Source: an uncultured Acidobacteriota bacterium
GTDB lineage: Bacteria; Acidobacteriota; Vicinamibacteria; Vicinamibacterales; 2-12-FULL-66-21
Direction of reading: 5' to 3'
Assembly: GCA_963847125.1 (NCBI GenBank)
Contig: CAWJYM010000004.1
Coordinates: forward strand, 2,851,436-2,915,435
DNA: 64,000 nucleotides
Position 1 is the stretch's first letter. Every line of letters begins with the position of its first letter. This document shows, in pieces, positions 1-11,627 of the stretch. Below the pieces are notes generated by a model, which ran no database searches, was not told where the DNA came from, and saw nothing but the letters and a program-made list of their open reading frames with translations. The position numbers and the translations under genes are program-made.

Positions 1-378
1 CCGCGCCGTCCGGACCTCGCCGTGGAAGCGCGCCAGACGCGCCGGGTCCATCTCGAGCGACTCCGGAAGAAACTTCAACGCGACCGGCTGCTCGAGCCGC
101 AGATCATCGGCGCGGTACACTTCGCCCATGCCTCCCTGCCCGAGCAGGTTGACGACGCGATACCGGCTGTCGAGGATGGTGCCGGGGGCGAAGCGTCCGT
201 GCCAGACCGCGGTGCCGGATGTGGTCAGCCGCGGTCCGGAGCCGGACGTCCTGGATCGGGACGATGAGTCGCTGAGCCGCGTCTCGTCACTCGACCCGGA
301 GCTCGAGATCGAGGAGCCGCAGGCCGGACAGAATCGGCTCTCGTCCGCGACCGTGGCGCCGCACGAAGGACAGATCAC
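1..378 (-). CDS. Ser/Thr protein kinase, N-terminal part (gene runs off left edge), with N-terminal zinc ribbon
   Basis: Hand translation of the minus strand from GTG at 378 gives VICPSCGATVADESRFCPACG (CxxC..CxxC) and then RYRVVNLLGQGGMGEVYRADDLRLEQPVALKFL (kinase glycine loop plus VAxK Lys). An in-frame TAG lies just upstream of 378. Confidence 0.75.
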   Translation of the reverse strand, partial: MICPSCGATVADESRFCPACGSSISSSGSSDETRLSDSSSRSRTSGSGPRLTTSGTAVWHGRFAPGTILDSRYRVVNLLGQGGMGEVYRADDLRLEQPVALKFLPESLEMDPARLARFHGEVRTAR

Positions 379-408
379 CGGAAGATTCTATATCGGTGCC
401 CTGGGTGC

Positions 409-1505
409 TCAGAGTGCCTGCAGGATGAGATCGGCAACCACGTCAGCGCCGTCGGTGCGGGCAGGCGGCGGCGCCGGCGTCGACAGGACGCGATCGATCG
501 CGGCCCACCAGCGTCCGGCCAGCAAATCCTCCTGACACAGGAACTCGGATCGGACGTAGCGAGGCATCTCACGAACCAGCACGTCGTACTCCCGGAACCG
601 GCCGCGCGAGGTGTACACGATGGCCGCCCCGTTGGCCGCGCATTCGGCGATGATGCCGAAGCCCGGTTTCGTGATGACGACGTCCGCCGCGGCGACCAGG
701 TCCTCATAACGAAAGCCCGCCTCGTACAGCTCTCCGTCCGCGAGGCAGACGACGGCGCTGGAATGGGGGAGGGCAGCCTCGGAGCGCGTCACGGTCGCTT
801 CGGCCACGACAACGGTGCACCGATCCAGGCCATCGACCTGATCGAGGGGCAGCCCGCGAACGCCGAAGCCTCCAAATGACGAGAGGACGAGCGGCCGGTC
901 GAGGGGCACGCCGAGGTGCCGGCGGACGTCCGCGGGGTCGCGACGGCTGTGGCGCGCGATGAGCGGCACGTCCACGATCCGCGCGAAGGGCTCGAAGCCG
1001 CCGCACATTGGAAGCCGCCAGGCGCCGACGCCCCGCGCGTACGCCGCGCGGATGAGATTCAGGAGCCGCGGCGCGTCGGCGATCTCGTCGTACTCCTCGT
1101 AGATCCAGTCCCAGGTAAAGTTCGCGAGCGCGAACGCCGGGACGCCCGCGCGGTCGGCCGCCGCGAACGCGAGCGGCGGCACGTCGCCGACCACGAGCCG
1201 CGCGCCGGAAGCTTCGAGCCCGCGCGCCTCTTCCGCTGCCCGGCGATCGAGCGCCGCGTAGAACGCTGCTGCGCGGCGGATCGACTCGGTCACGTCGATA
1301 CGAAGGCTGTCGATCTGGACGAGCCCGGTGTCGGCCTCGACCGCGTGAACGTCGACCGGCGCGCGCGCGGTCAGATCGAACAGCCAGCGCGGCGCGGCCG
1401 TCCGGACCTGCACCGGGAGGCCCGGCGCTCGCGACGCCAGCGCGTTGATGACTTCGATGTCCCGGGAGGCGTGGCCGAATCCGTGGCCGGAGATGTAGAA
1501 GACGA

Positions 1506-1509
<4 letters not shown>
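409..1509 (-). CDS. GT-B type glycosyltransferase (GT28/UDP-glycosyltransferase-like)
   Basis: 366-aa ORF. N-terminal MIVFYISGHGFGHASRD motif is typical of MurG/MGT-like glycosyltransferases. There is a 4-nt overlap with lon. Confidence 0.6.
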
Positions 1510-3872
<2,363 letters not shown>

Positions 3873-3906
3873 CAGTGTTGAATGTGGATTGCTGAGTGCT
3901 GAATGG
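3873..3906 (-). repeat. Dispersed short repeat family A, copy 1 (core CACTCAGCAATCCACA); fills the whole gap between the M28 stop and the lon start
   Basis: Minus-strand reading CCATTCAGCACTCAGCAATCCACATTCAACACTG matches 45324-45350 at about 22 of 24 positions by eye. Confidence 0.7.
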
Positions 3907-5415
3907 CTACGGCACGAATCGCGGAGGAGAGGGCGCCTCGGACAGCCGCCACGCCGCCTCGAATGTCATTCGCGCGACCCGTGCCAGTTTCCCGAAGTTT
4001 ATCTTGTCCGCATCGTCGTCGGGCGTGTGGTAGTCGGGGTGGAGGCCGGTCGTCAGAAACAGCGCCGGGATTCCCTGTTCGAGGAACGACCAGTGGTCGC
4101 TGCGGCGCACCAGATTGTGGGATCCCCCGTCATAGCTGGTGCGCAGGTCGAAACGCGCTGCTTCGTTGGCGACGCGCACGACCGACGTCAGGTCCGGGCT
4201 GTGCGTATAGCCGAGCAGGTGCAGGACGTTGACGTTGTCCTTCGCCTTCGTTGCCGGGAAGCCGTTGAAGCGCGGGCTCGACGGGTCTGGCACGTCCTCA
4301 TCCCGGCCGACCATGTCGAGGTTGAGGTTCGCGATCGGGCGGCCCGGCGGAGACGGATGCGCCACGAAATGCCGCGAGCCGAACAGCCCGGTTTCTTCGG
4401 CGTTCCAGACGCCGAAGACAAGCGTTCGCGCGGGACGCGCGCCGGCCGCTGCAGCCGACGCGAACGCATCTGCCACTTCCAGGACCGCCGCTACGCCGGA
4501 CGCATCGTCATCCGCGCCATTGAAGACGCCGCGCTGGGGATCGACGCCGTCGTGATCGAGGTGGGCGCCGACAACGACGAGCTCGTCGCGGCGCGCCGGG
4601 TCGGCGCCCGCTATCGCGGCGATGACGTTGCAGGTCTTGACGGGACGCCGGTCGATTTCGGCCGCGAGCGTCAGTCGGCCGCGGCCGGCGAGCGGGCGCA
4701 GCTTGTCGGCCAGGCTTTCCGTCACGTACGCCACCGGTATCGCCGCGATCTCCGCTGGCTGGTAGGAGGGATCGTCGTCGAGCGGCCCCATCTGCCAGGT
4801 ATCGCCGAGTGGTTCCAGCGATGGGGAGACGATGAGCACCCCGACCGCGCCCTTCAGCGTCCACTCGGTCACCGTCCGACGGATCTCGGCGGACCGGCTG
4901 AAACCTGATGCGATCGGGAGGAGGAGGATTCGGCCAGGCGCCTCGCGCGCCTGGAACGTCGCCTCGGCGGTCACGGTCCTGGACGCGGAGATCGTGGATG
5001 GATAGAACTCGTCGCCGGCGGTCCTTCGCAACAGCTCGTGGCCGTCGGCGTCACGCAGCTCGAGCGTGGTGGCGCGGCTGAGCGCCGCGTCAAACAGTCC
5101 GAAATTCTGAAAGTACGCCGCCGATTCCGGCGACTCCCGTTGATCGCCGATCGCGGCGGGGACGCCGGCCCGCCTGAACGCGTCCGCGACGTACTCGGCG
5201 GCGCGCCGGTTGCCGGGCGTCTCGAGGCCGCGTCCGTCCATGTCGTCAGCGGCGAGCACGCGGACGTGCTCGGAGAGATCGCCCTGAGTGATGGTGCGCG
5301 CGGCCCGCTCGACCTCCGGCGACAGCGGGGTGCGGATTGCGGCGGCCGCCGCCGTCGCCGCCGCGACGAGCGCCGCGGCGATCGCCCGCCACCGGAATTG
5401 TTTGAACGCACTCAT
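3907..5415 (-). CDS. Secreted M28-family aminopeptidase with PA-like insert
   Basis: 502 aa. Signal-like N-terminus, VVVGAHLDHDG and WNAEETGLFGS metal-ligand motifs. Confidence 0.8.
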   Translation of the reverse strand: MSAFKQFRWRAIAAALVAAATAAAAAIRTPLSPEVERAARTITQGDLSEHVRVLAADDMDGRGLETPGNRRAAEYVADAFRRAGVPAAIGDQRESPESAAYFQNFGLFDAALSRATTLELRDADGHELLRRTAGDEFYPSTISASRTVTAEATFQAREAPGRILLLPIASGFSRSAEIRRTVTEWTLKGAVGVLIVSPSLEPLGDTWQMGPLDDDPSYQPAEIAAIPVAYVTESLADKLRPLAGRGRLTLAAEIDRRPVKTCNVIAAIAGADPARRDELVVVGAHLDHDGVDPQRGVFNGADDDASGVAAVLEVADAFASAAAAGARPARTLVFGVWNAEETGLFGSRHFVAHPSPPGRPIANLNLDMVGRDEDVPDPSSPRFNGFPATKAKDNVNVLHLLGYTHSPDLTSVVRVANEAARFDLRTSYDGGSHNLVRRSDHWSFLEQGIPALFLTTGLHPDYHTPDDDADKINFGKLARVARMTFEAAWRLSEAPSPPRFVP

Positions 5416-5445
5416 CGTAGGTGGCGCAGCCCTCTCTAGCAGTCC

Positions 5446-5468
5446 GTAGCGCAGCCCTTCAGGGCTGC
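5446..5468 (-). repeat. REP-like hairpin GCAGCCC-TGAA-GGGCTGC followed by GCTAC, about 45 nt 3' of the methyltransferase stop
   Basis: A 7-bp stem with tetraloop is visible. The same 22-23 nt unit recurs at 15846-15867 and, inverted, at 15911-15933. Confidence 0.75.
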
Positions 5469-5512
5469 TTCTGAGTCTATCGCAGGACTACCTCGTCCGT
5501 GTCTTCGCGCCA

Positions 5513-6244
5513 TCAGTAGATCCACGGCAGGATCTTCCACTTCACTCGGGCCGCGTACCTTCGATACTGGTCGCCAAATGCCTCGACGAGCGAGCGCTCC
5601 TCGAAAGGCACCGCCATTGCAAGGTAAGTGGTGCTGACGATGGCGAACACCAGGCGATCGGTAGTCATCCGCGGTGCGGCGAACACGAACAGGACCCATC
5701 CGAAGTAGACCGGATGCCGAACCCAGCCGTACACGCCCGAGGTCCTCAACGACGAAGCTGGCGTTCCCGTTGCGTTCGGTTTACCCGTCTGCTTGGCCGC
5801 AGCCGATCCGGGAGCACGAAGACCGGCCAGCTCGAACGGGTGAAGCGCCGCGCTCGCAACGAGCGCCAAGACGACTCCCGCGCCCTGCACGAGATGCCAG
5901 CCGATCGCGATCGGCCCGCGGACCTCGTAGAGGACGCCGCCGATTGACTGCCACAACCCGCACGTCGCAAGAAAAAGCAGGCTCGAGATCCAGACGTAGG
6001 TCGACCGCTCCAGCTCTGCCGGAACGAAGCGCATTAGCCATTGCTTTGCGCCGGTTCGGGCCATGATGCTGTGATGAAGAGCGAAGATCGAAAACAGGAG
6101 GAGGTCGATCGTCAGCGCGCGCGGGCCGCCAGCCGGCGCCGGTCGATCGAGGACGATCAGATAGAAGAAGAGAAAGTACAGCAACGAGCCGACGAACAAC
6201 ACGGCGCCGATCCAGGCAAATGCGCGCCTGAGGCTGTTATGCAT
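5513..6244 (-). CDS. Polytopic membrane methyltransferase (ICMT/PEMT superfamily)
   Basis: C-terminal HPVYFGWVLF...PFEERSLVEAFGDQYRRY motif. Start re-called to MHNSLRR (ATG 6244) because the 328-aa ORF N-terminus is Arg/Pro-rich and overlaps the divergent promoter. Confidence 0.65.
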   Translation of the reverse strand: MHNSLRRAFAWIGAVLFVGSLLYFLFFYLIVLDRPAPAGGPRALTIDLLLFSIFALHHSIMARTGAKQWLMRFVPAELERSTYVWISSLLFLATCGLWQSIGGVLYEVRGPIAIGWHLVQGAGVVLALVASAALHPFELAGLRAPGSAAAKQTGKPNATGTPASSLRTSGVYGWVRHPVYFGWVLFVFAAPRMTTDRLVFAIVSTTYLAMAVPFEERSLVEAFGDQYRRYAARVKWKILPWIY

Positions 6245-6278
6245 CGGCTCCGTATTATAGAGTTCGGATAACGGACGT

Positions 6279-7541
6279 ATGCCCACCCCCAGCGTGGCCA
6301 TCACCGGCATCGGCGTTGTGTCGCCTTTTGGCGTCGGCCGCGAATGCTTCTGGAGCGGCCTGCGCGCCGGGCGAAGCGGCGTGCGAGCCATCACCGACTT
6401 CGACGCCTCCATGTTCGCGTGCGGCGTCGCCGCGCCGGTTCCGCTCCTGACGCAGGCGGACATTCCGGCTATCAATGGGAACGGCCACCTCGCGGGCAAC
6501 GCGGACCCCCGGCGCTACTCGCGCACCTCGCTCGTCGCGGTCATCGCCGCCATCGAAGCCTGGAAGGATGCGGGGCTCCGCCAGGCTGAGCCGGGGGCGG
6601 GCGTGATCGTCGGAAGCGGGGCGGGCGGCATCGACGTCGCCGAACGGCAGTACAGGGAGTTCTTCACCGACGGCTGGAAACGGGTCGGTCCGTACGCGAT
6701 TCCCGTGTCGATCGTCGGCATGGTCTCCAGTGAGATCTCGATCGCTCTCGAGTTGCACGGGATCAGCCACGTGCTCTCGACCGGGTGCACGAGCTCGACG
6801 GATGCCATCGGCTACGCGGCGGCGCTCATCCGGTCGGGGGAAGCGGACGTCCTGCTGTCGGGTGGCGCCGACGCCTGCGTGACGCCGGGCATGATCTTCG
6901 GTTTCTCGAAGATGAAAGCGGTCTCGACGCACTACAACCACACGCCCGCGCTCGCGTCGCGTCCATTCGACCGTGGCCGGGACGGGTTCGTCCTCGGCGA
7001 AGGCGCATGGATGATCGTTCTCGAGCGCGAGGACCGCGCCCGTGCCCGCGGCGCGCGCGTCTACGCGACCATCGACGGCTACGCGTCGACGTGCGACGCC
7101 TACCACCGCGTGCAGATGGATCCGGACGGCGAGCAGATCATCCGCGCGATGGCCGGTGCGATCGAGCGCAGCGGCCGCGCGATCGACGAGATCGGCTACG
7201 TCAACTATCACGGCACGTCGACGGTCTTGAACGACGCGGTCGAGTCCCGCTGCGTGCGACGCCTGTTCGGCCCGCGCGCAGACGGATTGCCAGGGTCCTC
7301 GACGAAATCGATGATCGGTCATCCCCAGGGAGCCAGCGGCGCCGCCGGGGTGGTGACGAGCGCGCTTGCGCTGGCGCGCGGGTTCCTGCCGCCGACGATC
7401 AACCAGGTCGAGCCGGATCCCGAGTGCGACCTCGACGTCATCCCCAACCAGGGGCGCGAGGCCGAGCCCGCGGCCGCGCTCTGCAACTGCCTCGGATTCG
7501 GCTCGAAGAACAGCGCCCTCGTGCTGGGACGGTGTGATTGA
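6279..7541 (+). CDS. Beta-ketoacyl synthase, KAS I/II (FabF/FabB) type
   Basis: 420 aa. ITGIGVVSP, active-site STGCTSS, YH and NYHGTST His motifs, KSMIGHPQGASG. Confidence 0.9.
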   Translation: MPTPSVAITGIGVVSPFGVGRECFWSGLRAGRSGVRAITDFDASMFACGVAAPVPLLTQADIPAINGNGHLAGNADPRRYSRTSLVAVIAAIEAWKDAGLRQAEPGAGVIVGSGAGGIDVAERQYREFFTDGWKRVGPYAIPVSIVGMVSSEISIALELHGISHVLSTGCTSSTDAIGYAAALIRSGEADVLLSGGADACVTPGMIFGFSKMKAVSTHYNHTPALASRPFDRGRDGFVLGEGAWMIVLEREDRARARGARVYATIDGYASTCDAYHRVQMDPDGEQIIRAMAGAIERSGRAIDEIGYVNYHGTSTVLNDAVESRCVRRLFGPRADGLPGSSTKSMIGHPQGASGAAGVVTSALALARGFLPPTINQVEPDPECDLDVIPNQGREAEPAAALCNCLGFGSKNSALVLGRCD

Positions 7542-8676
7542 CGTCCTGGTGATCGGAGGCGGTCCGGCCGGCGCAATCGCCGGCGCTCTCCTCGCGCGCC
7601 GAGGCGCTCGCGTGCGCCTGATCGAGCGCGGCGTTTTTCCACGCGACAAGCTGTGCGGCGATACGCTGAATCCCGGCGCTCTGGCGCTGCTCGATCGCCT
7701 GGGGCTCGGAGGCGTGTCATCCGGCGGCCTCGCGGTCCACGGCATGATCGTGACGGGACCCGATGGTGGCCGCGTCCGCGTCGAAGGGCGGTACCCGGAC
7801 GGCACGATCGGGCGCGCGCTCCGCCGCCGCGACCTCGACGCGGCGATTCTCCGCGCCGCGGCGGCGGAAGGCGTTGAGATCGAGGAGGGCGTTGCCGTCA
7901 CGTCGCCGATCGTGTCGGATGGCCGCGTGCGCGGCGTCACGATGCGGGTGCGCGGCGAGGAACGGCGCCTCACGGCGCCGCTGACGATTGCCGCAGACGG
8001 CCGGCGATCGCGGCTGGCGTTCGGGCTTGGCCTCGCTCGACATCCTCGCCGCCCGCGTCGATGGGCGATCGGCGGCTACTACGGCGACGTCACCGGCGTG
8101 GCGGCGTTCGGCGAGATGCACATTCGCCCGCGCGGGTACCTCGGCGTCGCGCCGCTGCCCGACGGACTCGTGAATGCCTGCCTGGTGATCGACTCGCCGC
8201 GAGATCTCTTCGATCCGGCCGACCGGCTGGACGCCGCCGTGCAGGGAGATCCGGCAACTGCCGACCGCTTCGCGGATGCGCGCCGGTGCGGGCCGGTCTC
8301 GGTGCTCGGCCCCCTGGCCGTCGAGTCGCGGACGGCCGGGATGGCCGGATTGCTGCTCGCGGGTGACGCCGCCGGGTTCATCGACCCGATGACCGGTGAC
8401 GGGCTGAGGTTCGCGATTGCGGGCGCGGAGCTGGCGGCGCGCGCGGCGGGGGAGTTTCTCGACGGACGGCTCGCCGATTCGCACCGCGCCCTTACGGAGT
8501 GGCGCCGCGAGCTGTTCGGATCGAAGTGGCGGTTCAACAGATTTCTCCGGACGCTGGTGGCCACGCCGGCCGCGGTGCGGGTGGCGGCCGCCAGCGCGCG
8601 AGTCGTCCCGTCCGCGGTCCGGTTGGCGATCGCGTACGCGGGCGACGTGCCAGAGGCGCCGCACGCGTCTTGTTGA
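7534..8676 (+). CDS. FAD-dependent oxidoreductase, geranylgeranyl-reductase family
   Basis: GTG at 7534 directly precedes the Rossmann motif DVLVIGGGPAGA and then RDKLCGDTLNPG. It overlaps the KAS stop by 8 nt. The ORF-track start at 7366 was rejected. Confidence 0.8.
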   Translation: MIDVLVIGGGPAGAIAGALLARRGARVRLIERGVFPRDKLCGDTLNPGALALLDRLGLGGVSSGGLAVHGMIVTGPDGGRVRVEGRYPDGTIGRALRRRDLDAAILRAAAAEGVEIEEGVAVTSPIVSDGRVRGVTMRVRGEERRLTAPLTIAADGRRSRLAFGLGLARHPRRPRRWAIGGYYGDVTGVAAFGEMHIRPRGYLGVAPLPDGLVNACLVIDSPRDLFDPADRLDAAVQGDPATADRFADARRCGPVSVLGPLAVESRTAGMAGLLLAGDAAGFIDPMTGDGLRFAIAGAELAARAAGEFLDGRLADSHRALTEWRRELFGSKWRFNRFLRTLVATPAAVRVAAASARVVPSAVRLAIAYAGDVPEAPHASC

Positions 8677-8678
8677 AA

Positions 8679-8702
8679 CACGGGGCTCACGGGGCTCACG
8701 GG
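8679..8702 (+). repeat. 9-bp tandem repeat (CACGGGGCT x2.6) starting 3 nt after the oxidoreductase stop
   Basis: Read directly: cacggggct cacggggct cacggg. Confidence 0.85.
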
Positions 8703-8714
8703 AAGAAGAGCCTA

Positions 8715-8956
8715 AAACGCAGAGCACGCAGAGACCGCCGAGGACGCGCAGAAAACGAAGCCGCCGCGACTGGGCGGCGGGAGCCGCGAAGCGGCTCGTC
8801 AGGCGGGGTCGAGCCCTTGGTCGCATGAGCCGCGAGCGAACAGTCCGCTCATGCGCCAAGGGTTCGACGCCGCCTGACGGGCCCGGCTACGCCGGGCCAC
8901 CCGCCGCCCCGGTCGCGGCCACCAGCCGTCTCCGTGTCCTCTGTGCCTCTGTGTTT
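8715..8956. repeat. Nested inverted-repeat / multi-hairpin element (MITE-like or structured RNA)
   Basis: Outer imperfect inverted repeat: aaacgcagagcacgcagagac against gtctccgtgtcctctgtgcctctgtgttt. Inner hairpins at 8761-8780, 8781-8797 and 8880-8898. Central 33-bp-arm palindrome at 8798-8830 / 8847-8878. Confidence 0.6.
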
Positions 8957-8979
8957 GAAAAGCAGCGCGTCCGAGTGCC

Positions 8980-9507
8980 ATGACGACCGACGCATCAACT
9001 GTTCGAATCGCTTTGAGCGCCCTCCTTGTCGCGGTGTTCCTCGTGCTCGAGACGCTACGCTCGCGCGCGAACGAGCGCGCGTTGCGCGCGCGCGGCGCGA
9101 TCGAGCCGGCGGGGGATGTGTACACGGCGATGGCCGCCGCGTACCCGCTCGCGCTCGTCGCGCCCTTCGCGGCCGCGATCCGCGACGGGCCGGCGACGGC
9201 GGCCGTCTGGGCCGCGGGCGTTGTCATGTTTCTCGCGGCCAAGGCGCTGAAGTTCTGGGCGATCCACGCGTTGGGGCCGCGGTGGACGTTCCGCGTGCTG
9301 GTCGTTCCGGGGGAGCGGCTGGTGACGTCAGGCCCGTACCGCTACTTGCGGCACCCGAACTACTTCGCCGTGGCGGGAGAGATTGCCGGCGTCGCGACGA
9401 TGTGCGCGGCGCCGGCGATCGGACTGGCGGCTCTTCTCGGGTTCGGCGCACTGATGTGGCGCCGGATCGCGATCGAGGAGCGCGCCCTTGCGTCGTCTTC
9501 ACGGTAG
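8980..9507 (+). CDS. Isoprenylcysteine carboxyl methyltransferase (ICMT) family membrane protein
   Basis: 175 aa, hydrophobic, with the RYLRHPNYFAVAGE signature. Confidence 0.8.
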   Translation: MTTDASTVRIALSALLVAVFLVLETLRSRANERALRARGAIEPAGDVYTAMAAAYPLALVAPFAAAIRDGPATAAVWAAGVVMFLAAKALKFWAIHALGPRWTFRVLVVPGERLVTSGPYRYLRHPNYFAVAGEIAGVATMCAAPAIGLAALLGFGALMWRRIAIEERALASSSR

Positions 9508-9671
9508 GGGCGGCCTCGACAGCGCGACGCTTCTGATGCTGAGTTTTGCTTCACTGCAGCAATGACGGGTACACCGACGCACGTGCTATAGTCCGGCGCT
9601 GAGGAGGCGATTCTCATCGTTGTGCTGGCCGCGCCACGCCGTGCGGTGCCTCCGACGAACCCCACCTGATA

Positions 9672-11627
9672 GTGACTCCACCCAGCAAAACCCGTCGCGT
9701 CGATCGGCTCGCTCTCGCCGCTGACATTCTCATCGTTGCACTCGTGCTCGCAACCCTGGCCGTGGCCGCGACTGGTGGATTTCGCACCGAGGTCGCCGGC
9801 ATCCGCGTGTCCGCGCGCTCGCCGGACCGTATATTGATCCTGGCGCTGGCGCTCGGACTCGCGCGGCGTTTTTTCGGCCCACGCCGGAACCTGTGGTCGC
9901 ACCTCCTCGCCTGGGGCCGCGGCCCGTTGCCATCGGGCGAGGCCCGGCTCTTTTCAGGGGACGTGACTCAGACGCCGCTGCCGACTCAAAAGGGTCGTAC
10001 TGCCAGTCGTCGTGTGAGCACGCTCGGCGAGCTCGTGGCCGTGACGGTGTTCTGCTCGACGTTAACCGCCGGCGTGACGTGGCCCCAGATCGTTCAGCTG
10101 GATCACGTGCCGGATCTCGGCGATCCGCTGTTCAACGTGTGGCGCGTTTCATGGGTGGCGTATCAACTGCCGCGCGACCCAATCCACATCTTCGACGGCA
10201 ACATCTTCCATCCGGAGGCGCGCACGCTCACGTACTCGGATGCGACGCTGGTCTCGGGGTTGATCGCCTCGCCGCTTATCTGGTTCGGCGTGCATCCTCT
10301 GACCGCCTACATCCTCACGTTCCTCGCCGGCTTCGCCTTGTCGGGTGTTGCGATGTACTACCTCGTTCGCGCGCTGACGGGGTCACGCCCTGCGGCGCTG
10401 GTGTCGGCGGCACTCTTCACCCTGTTGCAGTACCGCTTCGAGCATTACAGCCACCTCGAGCTGCAGATGATCATGGCGCTGCCGCTCGCTCTGTGGGCTC
10501 TACATCGCACACTCGTCCAGGGACGAGTGCGCGACGGCCTGCTCACGGGGGCACTGCTCGCGGTCCAGGCATACTCATCGCTTTACTACGCTCTCTTCGC
10601 GGTCGTCTTCGTCGGTGCGATCGCACTGTGTCTATGGCTCGGTGGTCCACGGCCACGTCGAGCTGCACAAGCGCTTGGCGCGGGTGCCGCGTTGGGGGCG
10701 GTGCTCGTGTCGCCGCTCCTGGTCGCGTACGTGCGGAACAAAGCCATCGTCGGCGAACGTTCGTACGACGCGGTCGAGTTTTACAGCGCCCAAGGTCGCG
10801 ATTACCTCGTTCCACACCACCGTAACGTGCTCTACAGGGACTATCGCACGTGGTTGGGATACTCGAATCCAGAGCGGGAACTGTTTCCTGGTGTGCTACC
10901 GGTCGCGCTCGCAGTGGCCGGAGTCTGGCCGCCGTTGTCGGTCGCGAAGATCGCCTATACCGTCGGCCTGGCTGCCGCGTTCGACGGCTCTCTCGGGGCG
11001 AACGGCATCATGTACCCTCGTTTGTATCGCTTTGTGTCGCCGTTCCGAGGCCTTCGGTCTCCCGCCCGCTTCGCGATCCTCGTGGGATTCAGCTTGATCG
11101 TGTTGGCCGGGTACGCCGTCGCGCGGCTGACCGCAAGGCGGCGACAGGCTACCGCGTGGGCCGTTGCCGGGGCGCTCGTCATGGCTATCGCTGTCGAGGC
11201 GCGCCCTAAACTACAGCTCGAGCCGGTGTGGCGAAACCCGCCACCGATCTACGACGCGATCGGTGCCGACGCCCCGGCGGTACTTTTTGAATGGCCGCTT
11301 CCCACCGATTGGCAGAACTTCTACTTTGACACGCGGTACGAATACTTCTCTGTGTTTCACTGGAACCGCCTCGTCAACGGCAACAGCGGCTTCTCGCCAC
11401 CCTCGTACCTCGAACTCGTTGAACGGATGCGTGGATTCCCGTCGGACGGCGCGCTCGCTTACTTGCGGGGACGAGGGGTGCAGTATCTCGCAGTCCACGG
11501 CAGCTTCGCTCCGCAAGACCGCTACGCGGCTGCCGTTTCCTTCCTCGACGGCCGGTCTGACATACGGCTTGTGCGATCGGCCGCCTGGGAACGGGGAGAG
11601 AGCCGGTTATACAAGCTGGAACAGTGA
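9672..11627 (+). CDS. Large polytopic membrane protein, possibly a GT-C-fold glycosyltransferase
   Basis: 651 aa with many predicted TM helices followed by a soluble C-terminal domain. GTG start with no SD. The function is an inference only. Confidence 0.55.
   Translation: MTPPSKTRRVDRLALAADILIVALVLATLAVAATGGFRTEVAGIRVSARSPDRILILALALGLARRFFGPRRNLWSHLLAWGRGPLPSGEARLFSGDVTQTPLPTQKGRTASRRVSTLGELVAVTVFCSTLTAGVTWPQIVQLDHVPDLGDPLFNVWRVSWVAYQLPRDPIHIFDGNIFHPEARTLTYSDATLVSGLIASPLIWFGVHPLTAYILTFLAGFALSGVAMYYLVRALTGSRPAALVSAALFTLLQYRFEHYSHLELQMIMALPLALWALHRTLVQGRVRDGLLTGALLAVQAYSSLYYALFAVVFVGAIALCLWLGGPRPRRAAQALGAGAALGAVLVSPLLVAYVRNKAIVGERSYDAVEFYSAQGRDYLVPHHRNVLYRDYRTWLGYSNPERELFPGVLPVALAVAGVWPPLSVAKIAYTVGLAAAFDGSLGANGIMYPRLYRFVSPFRGLRSPARFAILVGFSLIVLAGYAVARLTARRRQATAWAVAGALVMAIAVEARPKLQLEPVWRNPPPIYDAIGADAPAVLFEWPLPTDWQNFYFDTRYEYFSVFHWNRLVNGNSGFSPPSYLELVERMRGFPSDGALAYLRGRGVQYLAVHGSFAPQDRYAAAVSFLDGRSDIRLVRSAAWERGESRLYKLEQ

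Noticed and set aside
5513-6499. Long (328-aa) version of the membrane methyltransferase
   Set aside because: The N-terminal 85 residues are non-hydrophobic and Pro/Arg-rich, and they overlap the divergent ketosynthase start. I used the internal Met at 6244, which precedes the first TM helix.
6255-7973. 572-aa ORF on the - strand
   Set aside because: It is antisense to the ketosynthase and flavoprotein genes, Arg/Pro/Ser-rich, and carries no motifs.
8798-8878. Possible tRNA or SRP/4.5S RNA (contains GGTTCGA and GTCAGG strings)
   Set aside because: The sequence folds as one long, nearly perfect hairpin and not as a cloverleaf. It lacks the SRP domain IV GGAA/AGCA motifs. I treat it as part of a palindromic repeat element.
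9601-9607. Strong GAGGAGG Shine-Dalgarno-like sequence upstream of the 651-aa membrane protein
   Set aside because: No ATG or GTG lies at a functional distance. The in-frame region up to GTG 9672 has no start codon, so it is probably coincidental or belongs to an untranslated leader.
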